From the NCBI GenBank assembly GCA_015068965.1, contig SVJN01000001.1:1-53538 (forward strand): a DNA stretch of 53,538 nucleotides, in the 5' to 3' direction. Below are positions 10,084 to 18,616 of the stretch, in pieces. Position 1 is the first letter of the stretch, and each line of letters starts with the position of its first letter. A program made the position numbers and the translations under genes. The notes beneath the pieces are model-generated. The model was given only the letters and a program-made list of their open reading frames with translations, had not been told where the DNA came from and did no database searches. This stretch comes from Oscillospiraceae bacterium (GTDB lineage Bacteria > Bacillota > Clostridia > UBA1381).

Positions 10084-10092
10084 GAATCAAGG

Positions 10093-10126
10093 AAAAGTCA
10101 CTGTTGTTGGACGGTGACTTTTTTTT
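10093..10126 (+). terminator. Rho-independent terminator of the aldolase / GH-like / kinase operon
   Basis: AAAAGTCACTG-TTGTTGGA-CGGTGAC followed by a T8 run. Confidence 0.8.
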
Positions 10127-10135
10127 CATTAGGTA

Positions 10136-10164
10136 TTGTCGGTTTTTAAAACTTATGATATAAT
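10136..10164 (+). promoter_or_regulatory. SigmaA promoter (extended -10) preceding a structured leader
   Basis: TTGTCG (10136-10141), a 17-nt spacer, then TGaTATAAT (10156-10164). Confidence 0.55.
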
Positions 10165-10400
10165 TGGCATATGCAGAATTTTATTTTATAAAATTCTTAA
10201 AAGCCTGACGGCTTTCTGCAGTCTTTCAGCCTGCGTATGCCAATTGACGGCGTCGTAAAAATGCCCTTGCAAGCAAGCATTTTTACTCCTGGTAGAATGA
10301 TTTGCATCTTTTCTATCACCTAATTATATAATGATTTAACAGTATTTTATGATTCGTTACGAAGTAAATGGAAATCATTTTAGAACAAAGGAGAACAAAC

Positions 10401-11102
10401 ATGATAAATTATGCACACAGAGGCGCAAGTGAATATGCTCCGGAAAATACATTATCGTCCTTCTATCTTGGTTTATTGCAGGGGGCGAACGGAATTGAAA
10501 CCGACGTGCAAAGAACCAGGGACGGTGTTTTGGTTCTGTTTCATGATGATACGGTAGACCGGGTATCGGATGGTGTGGGACGTGTTTGCGATTATACCCT
10601 GGAGGAGTTGAAAAAGCTGAAAATTTACGGAAATAGTACCACCGGCTTTTATGACCGGGTTGTTACGTTTCGGGAGTTTTTGGAAAAGTTCTCGCCCTAC
10701 GATATCAGCTTTGCCATTGAGTTAAAGGGCGCCGGCGTAGAGGAGGATTCACTCCGGATGATAGAAGAATTCGGTCTTTTGGAACGTACCACCTTTACCA
10801 GCTTTTACTTTGATTACATCAAAAAAATCAAGGAGTTGAATCCGAAGGCAAGAGTCGGATGGTTGATTGGCGAGGTTGGTGAGGATAAAATGAACGACCT
10901 TATGGAAATCGGAGGCGAGGAGCTTGCCCCCAAGGCTGAGGATATCACAGAAGAGCTGATGACAGCATGGAGAGCAAACGGACTCGGGGTAAGAGCCTGG
11001 GGCGTTTTAAATATTGCCCTGATGAAGAAAATGTGCCGGCTGGGAGTGGACGGCATGACGGTGAATTTCCCGGACAGACTATCTGCATATTTACACGCAT
11101 AA
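10401..11102 (+). CDS. Glycerophosphodiester phosphodiesterase (GDPD family)
   Basis: HRGASEYAPENTLSSF...GIETDVQRTRDGVLVLFHDDTVDR is the canonical GDPD N-terminal signature. The ATG at 10401 follows an AAGGAG RBS, whereas the ORF track begins at 10368. Confidence 0.9.
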   Translation: MINYAHRGASEYAPENTLSSFYLGLLQGANGIETDVQRTRDGVLVLFHDDTVDRVSDGVGRVCDYTLEELKKLKIYGNSTTGFYDRVVTFREFLEKFSPYDISFAIELKGAGVEEDSLRMIEEFGLLERTTFTSFYFDYIKKIKELNPKARVGWLIGEVGEDKMNDLMEIGGEELAPKAEDITEELMTAWRANGLGVRAWGVLNIALMKKMCRLGVDGMTVNFPDRLSAYLHA

Positions 11103-11132
11103 ACGCAAAAATAAACAGGTGGAGGAAGCAGA

Positions 11133-12323
11133 ATGAAAACACTAATTGAATTATTTGATTCCGAGCAATTGGAAAATCTGATTGCAGGACTTCATTTTTT
11201 ACCCCAAAAAATTGTATTTGTCGGGTTCAAGAATCTGATGAGACCGAAAAAACAGGAGCTGATGGAACAGATTTTTTCGGAGCATGGCGCTATTTCGGTG
11301 GAATATGAGTATGTGTCCCGGAATGATTTTGCACAGATTGTAGGAAGATTCAACGAAATCATCGACCGGAATGAGGACTGTTGCTTTGATTTAACCGGCG
11401 GAAAGGATGTTGTCATTGCCGCAATGGGAGCAGTTGCGGCGCAACGGAATATCCCGATTATTCGCTATGATGTCAAAAAAGGAAGTCTGATTCGGGTAAA
11501 GGATTGTGAGTGTTTGGAAGAGGACGAAATCCCATATCTGACCCTTGAGGAAACCTTCCACCTGAACGGTGGCAGTATTGTATCGGGAGGTCCCGGCTTT
11601 TCATGGAATCTGAATGCTGATTTTTCAAAGGATATTGACACCATCTGGAGCATTTGCAGTCGGAATTGTACTGCTTGGAACCGCCATGCAATTGCGATGG
11701 CGGGAATCAGCGGAAGGTTTGATATGGATGAGAGCTTTTCTGTTTGTGCGGATTTGCGCGACCGTCCGATTCTGCCAGATTGGGATATTATGCGGGAATT
11801 GGTGAATGCCGGATTGTTGCTGAATTATCAGAAAAGAGGCGGTTCCGTAAGCTTTTGCTATAAGAATGAGCAGGTATTTCATGCCTTGACCAAATCCGGG
11901 AATGCGTTGGAGGTATATACCTATCTGATTGCAAAGGAGCTTTGGGAGGAAGGTCATTTCCATGATGTCAAAAATGGCGTAATGGCAGATTGGGACGGTG
12001 TAATTCAAACCAGATATTCCACCAAAAAGGAAACACGCAACGAGATTGATTTGATGATGATGCGTGGTATTATCCCGATTTTTGCCTCCTGCAAAAACGG
12101 AGAAGTACATAAAGAGGCACTATATGAATTGCAGACGGTTGCCCGTCGTTTTGGTGGGAAATATGCAAGGAAGATGCTTTTAGCAACGAATCTCGGACCG
12201 AATGAGCTGGCGTGTGAGTTTATCCGCCAACGTGCAGTTGATATGAAAATCTGTGTCATTGAAGGGATAAATAAAATGAGCCGGGATGCGTTCAAGTCTG
12301 CATTAAAAGAAGCTACAAAATAG
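11133..12323 (+). CDS. CARF-domain plus PD-(D/E)xK nuclease-fold protein (Card1/Can2-like, DUF1887 family)
   Basis: 396 aa. The N-terminal Rossmann-like region carries DLTGGKD (aa 86-92), matching the CARF DxTGGxK motif. The C-terminus carries GNALEVY (E260), NEID (D306) and ASCK (S319-C-K321), which resembles the Card1/Can2 nuclease core but has Ser where the ExK Glu is expected. Confidence 0.7.
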   Translation: MKTLIELFDSEQLENLIAGLHFLPQKIVFVGFKNLMRPKKQELMEQIFSEHGAISVEYEYVSRNDFAQIVGRFNEIIDRNEDCCFDLTGGKDVVIAAMGAVAAQRNIPIIRYDVKKGSLIRVKDCECLEEDEIPYLTLEETFHLNGGSIVSGGPGFSWNLNADFSKDIDTIWSICSRNCTAWNRHAIAMAGISGRFDMDESFSVCADLRDRPILPDWDIMRELVNAGLLLNYQKRGGSVSFCYKNEQVFHALTKSGNALEVYTYLIAKELWEEGHFHDVKNGVMADWDGVIQTRYSTKKETRNEIDLMMMRGIIPIFASCKNGEVHKEALYELQTVARRFGGKYARKMLLATNLGPNELACEFIRQRAVDMKICVIEGINKMSRDAFKSALKEATK

Positions 12324-12339
12324 AAAAAGGAGTAAAAAA

Positions 12340-12999
12340 ATGCAATATATTCTGACGTTTTTAGAAGGAATGATTTCCTTTATTTCTCCCTGTATGCTGC
12401 CAATGCTGCCGGTGTATCTTTCCTATTTTGCCGGAGGAGCAGAGCAGAAGAAAAAGGTTTTACCCCGTTCGGTCGGATTTGTAGTCGGATTTACGGTTGT
12501 GTTCTGTCTGCTTGGACTGTTTGCAGGAACGCTGGGCGGACTGCTCCGACGTTATCAGACGATAATCAATATCATATGTGGCCTGGTTGTGATTTTGCTC
12601 GGACTTGGATTTTTGGAAGTGATTCATCTGCCCTTTTTTCGGGGGACGAAAACAGAAAAGAAGATTCAAGGGGTTTTTTCTGCCTTCTTGTTCGGAATGG
12701 TGTTCTCGGTTAGTCTCACACCGTGCGTAGGTGCATTCTTGGGCTCTGCCCTGATGCTTGCATCCTCGTCCGGAACGGCAGGACAAGGGTTTTTGCTGCT
12801 TTTCACCTATTCGCTCGGCTTGGGAATCCCGTTTTTGATTTCTGCCGTGTTGATTGAAAAGCTGAGTGCATTGTTCGGAGCAATCAAACGGCATTACCGC
12901 ATCATCAATCTGATTTGCGGCGGATTTCTGATTCTGGTCGGTGTTGCGATGATGTCCGGATTGTTATGGCGGCTTTTAAATGTATTTGGAGGAATGTAA
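12340..12999 (+). CDS. ccdA: Cytochrome c-type biogenesis / thiol-disulfide electron transporter CcdA (DsbD family)
   Basis: 219 aa and polytopic. It has the two conserved Cys/Pro motifs (SPCMLPMLP and TPCVGAFLG). Confidence 0.9.
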   Translation: MQYILTFLEGMISFISPCMLPMLPVYLSYFAGGAEQKKKVLPRSVGFVVGFTVVFCLLGLFAGTLGGLLRRYQTIINIICGLVVILLGLGFLEVIHLPFFRGTKTEKKIQGVFSAFLFGMVFSVSLTPCVGAFLGSALMLASSSGTAGQGFLLLFTYSLGLGIPFLISAVLIEKLSALFGAIKRHYRIINLICGGFLILVGVAMMSGLLWRLLNVFGGM

Positions 13000-13000
13000 G

Positions 13001-13573
13001 ATGAAAAAAAGCTTAATTCTTTGGGCGGTCTTGTTTATTCTGCTTCTGGTGGGAGCTACGGTTGGATATCGGTATCTTTCGGCACAATATCAGCAGGAGC
13101 AGGAGCAATCGATTACCACGCAGGAAACACAGAGCACAGAACAACCAAAACAGAAAGCACCTGATTTTGTTGTGATAGACGGCGACCGGAATGCCCAACG
13201 CTTATCCAAATTACAAGGAAAACCGGTTGTGGTAAATTTCTGGGCAACCTGGTGCGGACCTTGTAAAATGGAGTTGCCGGCGTTTGATGCGATGTACAAA
13301 AAATATCGGGAGCAGGTGGTTTTTTTAATGGTGAACCTGACCGACGGACAACGGGAAACCTTTGAAGGTGCAAAGGCATTTGTTGCAGAAAACGGCTACA
13401 CCTTCCCGACCTACTATGATACAAAATCCAATGCGGCAAATGCCTATGGAATCCGGAGTGTTCCGCTGACGGTGTTCATTACACCCGATGGAACTTTGTT
13501 GGGCGGCTTTAACGGGGCAATCGACGAAGCAACTTTAGAGGCAGGAATTTTGAAACTGCTGGAGGAGTCGTAA
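13001..13573 (+). CDS. Membrane-anchored TlpA/ResA-like thioredoxin-fold thiol-disulfide oxidoreductase
   Basis: WATWCGPC active site with an N-terminal TM anchor. The ATG at 13001 lies 1 nt after the ccdA stop. Confidence 0.9.
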   Translation: MKKSLILWAVLFILLLVGATVGYRYLSAQYQQEQEQSITTQETQSTEQPKQKAPDFVVIDGDRNAQRLSKLQGKPVVVNFWATWCGPCKMELPAFDAMYKKYREQVVFLMVNLTDGQRETFEGAKAFVAENGYTFPTYYDTKSNAANAYGIRSVPLTVFITPDGTLLGGFNGAIDEATLEAGILKLLEES

Positions 13574-13592
13574 AGCATCAAGGAGCAAAGGT

Positions 13593-13916
13593 ATGGAAAT
13601 TTATGAGTGTTTTGAAATTATTGTTCAGGTGTTGATATGGTTTTTGGCAGGATGCTGGCTGGTTGCTGTTATCAGGACAATTAAAAACAGATATGCGCCT
13701 TTAAAAAAGGAAAGGGCTGTTGTTGTGGATGTCTACAAAGAACAAAGACCTTCACGTTTTCCGCAAGTATGGAAGCAAGAACTGTTTATGGTTGTTTTCG
13801 AGGTGGAAAAAAAACGGCTTGCATTCCCGGTTTCCGACTTTTCAGCCAGAAGCTATAAAAAAGGACAAAAAGGAACTCTTTGCTACAAAGGAAACAAACT
13901 GATCGAATTCCGGTGA
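13593..13916 (+). CDS. DUF2500-like small membrane-anchored protein
   Basis: 107 aa. An N-terminal TM segment is followed by a small beta-rich domain. The family call is from memory of the YhhM/DUF2500 architecture. Confidence 0.5.
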   Translation: MEIYECFEIIVQVLIWFLAGCWLVAVIRTIKNRYAPLKKERAVVVDVYKEQRPSRFPQVWKQELFMVVFEVEKKRLAFPVSDFSARSYKKGQKGTLCYKGNKLIEFR

Positions 13917-13929
13917 TGAGGAGAAATGA

Positions 13930-14298
13930 ATGAAAACATTTTCAGAAAAAGAAGTGATTTTAAAGCTGAAATATCTGCAAAGTAAAAGTGATGCTTCAAA
14001 GGGACATTTTATTGGTGGCTTGGAAGAACCGAAATATCTGGATGAACTATGCATTGATATTTATGATGACATGGACTTTGATATGGAACATGAGGAATTT
14101 CATAAAAACGGGAAGCTGGTTCTGGATTTGTCGGGGAGTGACCGGAGCTTGTACGAGCTTGGAAAATATCTGATAAACCTTGCGTTATACGAAACGGATG
14201 ACCCGGATTTTCATGAGCATTTTGACGGATTGCAGGATGCAGAGCAGAAGCAGAGGATAAATGTGATTGTCCGGAAGCAGAGCACGAAACAATCTTGA
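13930..14298 (+). CDS. Acidic hypothetical protein, possibly Imm32-like immunity-type protein
   Basis: 122 aa and highly acidic. The segment LSGSDRSLYELGKYLINLALYETDDPDFHEHFDGL resembles the Imm32 pattern as I recall it. This is a weak call. Confidence 0.35.
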   Translation: MKTFSEKEVILKLKYLQSKSDASKGHFIGGLEEPKYLDELCIDIYDDMDFDMEHEEFHKNGKLVLDLSGSDRSLYELGKYLINLALYETDDPDFHEHFDGLQDAEQKQRINVIVRKQSTKQS

Positions 14299-14384
14299 CT
14301 TATCGGACAAAATATGGTATGATAAATAAAATCAAAGAAACAATAAAGACGATATATTTTAGAAGAAAGGCTACGGAAAAATAG

Positions 14385-16193
14385 ATGGCATTTGCACAGG
14401 ATAAAATCAGGAATTTTTGTATCATTGCCCATATTGACCATGGAAAATCCACACTGGCAGACCGCTTGCTGGAGCTGACCGGTGAGGTTTCTCAGCGTGA
14501 CATGGAGGATCAGCTCTTAGACAATATGGATTTGGAGCGTGAGCGCGGGATTACCATCAAAGCGCACGCAGTCCGTCTGCGCTATCAGGCGAAGGATGGG
14601 GACGAATATATTTTAAACTTAATCGACACACCGGGACACGTGGACTTTAACTATGAGGTTTCCAGAAGTCTTGCCGCTTGTGAGGGCGCGATTCTGATTG
14701 TGGATGCATCCCAGGGCATTGAAGCACAGACCCTGGCAAACACCTATCTTGCGATTGAGCATAACTTAGAGGTGGTTCCGGTTATCAATAAGATTGACCT
14801 GCCCTCGGCACAGCCGGAGCACGCAATCCGTGAAATTGAAGATATCATCGGCATTCCGGCAGAGGATGCGCCCAGAGTTTCGGCAAAAACCGGCTTGAAT
14901 GTAGAGGATGTGCTGGAGGAGATTGTACACAAAATCCCATCCCCCGAGGGCGATGTCACCGCACCTTTGCAGGCATTGATTTTCGATTCTTACTATGACA
15001 GCTACCGTGGTGTCATTGTCTACATCCGGGTAAAAGAGGGAAGTGTCAAGGTCGGAGACCGGATTCGTATGATGCAGACCGGAGCAGAGTTTGACGTTGT
15101 TGAGGTTGGTATTATGCACGCAAACGGCTTAGTTCCGACCGGAAAGCTGTCTGCAGGTGAGGTTGGCTATATTGCGGCAAGCATTAAAAATATTCAGGAT
15201 ACCCGTGTGGGTGATACGGTAACGGTTGCAACCCGTCCGGCACCCGAACCCTTGCCCGGCTATAAAAAGGTCAATCCGATGGTATACTGCGGTATTTACC
15301 CGGCAGACGGTGCGCAGTATGACGATTTGAGAGAAGCACTTTTGAAATTGCAGTTAAACGATGCCTCCCTCATGTTTGAGGCAGAAACCTCGGTTGCACT
15401 TGGCTTTGGATTCCGTTGCGGCTTTTTAGGACTGTTGCATATGGAAATCATCCAGGAACGGCTGGAGCGGGAATACAATCTGGATTTGATTACGACGGCA
15501 CCCAGCGTTATTTATAAGGTTCACAAAACCAATCACGAAACAATTACGGTGGATAACCCGACCAATCTTCCGCCGATGAGTGAAATTGAGTATATGGAAG
15601 AGCCGATGGTCAATGCGGATATTATGGTTCCGGTTGACTATGTCGGCAATGTCATGGAGCTTTGTCAGGAACGGCGCGGTATCTATAAAAATATGAAATA
15701 TATGGAAGAAACCCGTGCGCAGATTTTTTATGAATTGCCATTGAATGAGATTATTTACGATTTCTTCGATGCGTTAAAATCCCGTACAAAGGGCTATGCC
15801 TCCTTTGATTATGAGCTGACCGATTACCGTCGCTCCGACTTGGTAAAGCTGGATATGCTCTTAAATGGGGAAATGGTGGATGCACTCTCCTTTATCGTGC
15901 ATAAGGATAGTGCGTATAACCGGGGCAGACGAATGGCGGAAAAGCTCAAGGAAGCAATTCCGCGTCAGCTTTTTGAGGTGCCGATTCAGGCGGCAATCGG
16001 TAGTAAAATTATCGCTCGTGAAACGGTGCGTGCACTCCGTAAGGATGTGCTTGCAAAGTGCTATGGCGGTGATATTACCCGAAAGAAAAAGCTGTTGGAA
16101 AAACAGAAAGAGGGTAAAAAGAGAATGCGCCAGGTCGGCAGTGTAGAAGTGCCGCAGGAAGCATTTATGTCGGTTCTGAAATTAGATACATGA
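14385..16193 (+). CDS. lepA: Translation elongation factor 4 (LepA)
   Basis: 602 aa. [30 protein letters not shown] and NKIDL GTPase motifs, plus the LepA-specific C-terminal domain. Confidence 0.98.
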   Translation: MAFAQDKIRNFCIIAHIDHGKSTLADRLLELTGEVSQRDMEDQLLDNMDLERERGITIKAHAVRLRYQAKDGDEYILNLIDTPGHVDFNYEVSRSLAACEGAILIVDASQGIEAQTLANTYLAIEHNLEVVPVINKIDLPSAQPEHAIREIEDIIGIPAEDAPRVSAKTGLNVEDVLEEIVHKIPSPEGDVTAPLQALIFDSYYDSYRGVIVYIRVKEGSVKVGDRIRMMQTGAEFDVVEVGIMHANGLVPTGKLSAGEVGYIAASIKNIQDTRVGDTVTVATRPAPEPLPGYKKVNPMVYCGIYPADGAQYDDLREALLKLQLNDASLMFEAETSVALGFGFRCGFLGLLHMEIIQERLEREYNLDLITTAPSVIYKVHKTNHETITVDNPTNLPPMSEIEYMEEPMVNADIMVPVDYVGNVMELCQERRGIYKNMKYMEETRAQIFYELPLNEIIYDFFDALKSRTKGYASFDYELTDYRRSDLVKLDMLLNGEMVDALSFIVHKDSAYNRGRRMAEKLKEAIPRQLFEVPIQAAIGSKIIARETVRALRKDVLAKCYGGDITRKKKLLEKQKEGKKRMRQVGSVEVPQEAFMSVLKLDT

Positions 16194-16234
16194 AAAAAGA
16201 GTGGCCCAAGCGGATGCTTGAGCCACTCTTTTTG
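16194..16234 (+). terminator. Rho-independent terminator of lepA
   Basis: AAAAAGAGTGGC-C-CAAGC-GGAT-GCTTG-A-GCCACTC followed by TTTTT. Confidence 0.85.
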
Positions 16235-16367
16235 TGCAATCATCAGACGCAAATATAATTCGTTTTCACACCAACTCGGTTTGTCTGTCTGCACCAAATT
16301 TACCCGGACGTTACCGACAGCCCTTGTATGCCGGATACCGCCCATTCAAACGTCACAATGCTACAGC

Positions 16368-18035
16368 TTATTTCAATCTGTTTTCGTAATCTTCGATCAT
16401 CTTCTTACTCATGTGACCGGTACGACCTCTGATTTTAGAAAGGTACTTTTCACACGTTTTCCCTGTAAATATCTTGATTTCAAGCCTTAAGCAATCACCC
16501 TCGGGCGTAACAAAAATTCTGTCAATATACTTTGTGATAAACTCCTTTGATATCAAGCCCTGTGCGGCATCCTGCTTTGCCTGGGTTAAAACGGTGCGGA
16601 TTTCTTCGATATGCTTTTTGAAATCCTCCTTGGAGTTCTGTTGCTCCAAAAGCCCGGCAAGCTCCTTTTCCAGGGATTCAATTCTTTCCTTGCATTCTCT
16701 GTTCATCTGGAGATATTCCTCGTCTGAGAGGTCTCCGTTTAAATTATAATCAAGAATTTTACGTTTCTTTTTTTGTTCATGCTCCAGTTCTTTCTGCAGG
16801 CGTTCAATTTCACGAGCCAAATCACCGCTTGCCTCGATGGTGCGATACATTTCAATGTAGGATTCAATCAAATCCTCCGCAATGGGAGAGGTTTCGTTGA
16901 ATACATCGAACAGAATCGGTTTGATTTCTTCTTCATAGATGGCAAAGGATGGGCAGGAATCCGCTCCATTGTTGATTTTTCCACTACATACCCATTTGCT
17001 GTTTTTGTTACCTTGCCGATCTACACTATCACGACGGTAATAGGCCTTACCGCAGTGCGTACAGAATAGCTTGCCTGTTAAAAGATTGGCGTGATTACAG
17101 ATGTTCTGTCTTTTTTTCACATCCTTGCTTCTCCGCTCCAAAACGGCGTTTGCCGCATCCCAAAGCTCCTCGCTGACAATAGCGGGTACAATCTCTCCCG
17201 TTTCATCCTTGAACATCACCCATTCTTCGGGCGGGAGAAAATGCTGTTTTTTGGTAAACATATCAATTACTTTTACCTTGTTGCCTACATAGTAGCCCTT
17301 GTATTTGGGATTGGAAATTGTATTTGCCATGGTTGAATGGGCAATTTTGTTGCCGTTTCGGTTTCGGTAGCCCTTGCTCCAGAATAAGTCCTCAATCTGC
17401 TTCATACTGTATTGGTCAGTTGCATAAAGTTCAAAAAGCTCCCGAACCATCTTTGCTTCTTCTTCGTTAATCACTAACCTTTTATCTTTTTTGTCATAAC
17501 CGAAAATTCTGCTGTTACCAAGCACAACATGATTTTTGATTGCCTGCTGATGCCCGAATTTAATACGGGAGGAAAGCTTTCTTAATTCGTCCTGTGCAAT
17601 AGAGGACATAATGGAGAGACGAAGCTCAGAATCCTCGTCAAGGGTATTGATATTGTCATTCTGGAAGAATACTCCTACACCGTTTTGTAACAGTTCTCGT
17701 GTGAACCGGATACTGTCTAATGTGTTTCTTGCAAAACGGGAGATTTCTTTTGTAATCACAAAATCAAATTTATCAGTTTGGCTATCTGCAATCATCTGAT
17801 TAAAATTTTCACGCTTTTGCGTGGAAATCCCGGAAATACCTTCGTCAATGTACCCCGGAATATATTCCCAGTTCGGATTTTTCTTGATAAGGTCGGTATA
17901 GTATGCAATCTGGTTATCCAACGAATTTAACTGTTCGTCCTTTTCGGAGGAAACACGGGCATAGAAGGTAACTCGCATTGATATTTCATAGATTGATTTG
18001 AATTTCATTTGTTGACGTATTTCGTGTATGTTCAT
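16368..18035 (-). CDS. Large serine recombinase (resolvase catalytic domain, recombinase domain, zinc ribbon and coiled coil)
   Basis: 555 aa. YARVSSEKDEQLNSLDNQ (catalytic Ser region), ISRFARN, the Cys cluster CTHCGKAYYRR...WVCSGKINNGADSC, and a long Glu/Lys-rich coiled coil. The start at 18035 has an AAAGGA RBS. An alternative start at 17978 (MRVTFYARVSS) is possible. Confidence 0.9.
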   Translation of the reverse strand: MNIHEIRQQMKFKSIYEISMRVTFYARVSSEKDEQLNSLDNQIAYYTDLIKKNPNWEYIPGYIDEGISGISTQKRENFNQMIADSQTDKFDFVITKEISRFARNTLDSIRFTRELLQNGVGVFFQNDNINTLDEDSELRLSIMSSIAQDELRKLSSRIKFGHQQAIKNHVVLGNSRIFGYDKKDKRLVINEEEAKMVRELFELYATDQYSMKQIEDLFWSKGYRNRNGNKIAHSTMANTISNPKYKGYYVGNKVKVIDMFTKKQHFLPPEEWVMFKDETGEIVPAIVSEELWDAANAVLERRSKDVKKRQNICNHANLLTGKLFCTHCGKAYYRRDSVDRQGNKNSKWVCSGKINNGADSCPSFAIYEEEIKPILFDVFNETSPIAEDLIESYIEMYRTIEASGDLAREIERLQKELEHEQKKKRKILDYNLNGDLSDEEYLQMNRECKERIESLEKELAGLLEQQNSKEDFKKHIEEIRTVLTQAKQDAAQGLISKEFITKYIDRIFVTPEGDCLRLEIKIFTGKTCEKYLSKIRGRTGHMSKKMIEDYENRLK

Positions 18036-18160
18036 AACAATCAGTCCTTTAAAAAGTTCGTTGTATCATTATTACATTTTTCATTATAACACGAACGATG
18101 TAAAAATGCAACTGTAAATGAAAGAAAAAAGAGCATACATGGGGAAAGGACATCAAGAGC

Positions 18161-18345
18161 TTTTTTGCTTTATAGGAAACTGCGTTCCTATAAAGCAAAA
18201 AGAATTGAATGCCCGTGCGAAATTTTCCGCTAATAGCGGAAACGCACATGGGCGTAACAAAGCATTATGCTTCTTCTTACCGCTCTGCATTAGTTCAAAG
18301 TACACGATAATTTTATGGAGCGGTTGCGGCGAAGCCGCTTTGTTC
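18161..18345 (+). repeat. Structured intergenic repeat of about 185 nt, copy A
   Basis: It opens with a perfect 40-bp dyad, TTTTTGCTTTATAGGAA-ACTGCG-TTCCTATAAAGCAAAAA (18162-18201). Hairpins follow at 18211-18253 (with a nested hairpin at 18224-18242), 18260-18272, 18279-18324 and 18326-18338, then TTTGTTC. By hand alignment there are 12 mismatches in about 185 nt against copy C. Confidence 0.85.
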
Positions 18346-18555
18346 AAGTAAACCATGCTTATAGGTGTAAAAATTCAATCAATTTACTTTATGGATGACA
18401 GTGCAAAGTTTGATGGAACAAAGGGGAAGACGGTTGGTATTGGTTTTATAACCAATTCTGCAATATAGCTTCAGGCTTTGATTGGACTTAATGACACTTT
18501 ATATGATTTTTTGATAAAATAAAAGAAATTGAACATTATTCATAGATTTTGGAAA

Positions 18556-18585
18556 TTGACTTACCTGAAAAGCCGGTGCTATAAT
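18556..18585 (+). promoter_or_regulatory. SigmaA promoter (extended -10) for the first ABC transporter / surface-protein cluster
   Basis: TTGACT (18556-18561), an 18-nt spacer, then TGcTATAAT (18577-18585). It lies about 30 nt upstream of the ATG at 18617, which has an AGGAGG RBS. Confidence 0.6.
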
Positions 18586-18616
18586 TAAAATATAAAAAAG
18601 TAATAGGAGGAGCAAT

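Noticed and set aside
11625-12110. 161-aa minus-strand ORF overlapping the CARF-nuclease-like gene
   Set aside because: It is antisense to a CDS with recognisable CARF and nuclease motifs, and it has no independent support.
16218-16490. 90-aa plus-strand ORF downstream of lepA
   Set aside because: It starts inside the lepA terminator, overlaps the 3' end of the recombinase gene in antisense, and has no RBS or recognisable features.
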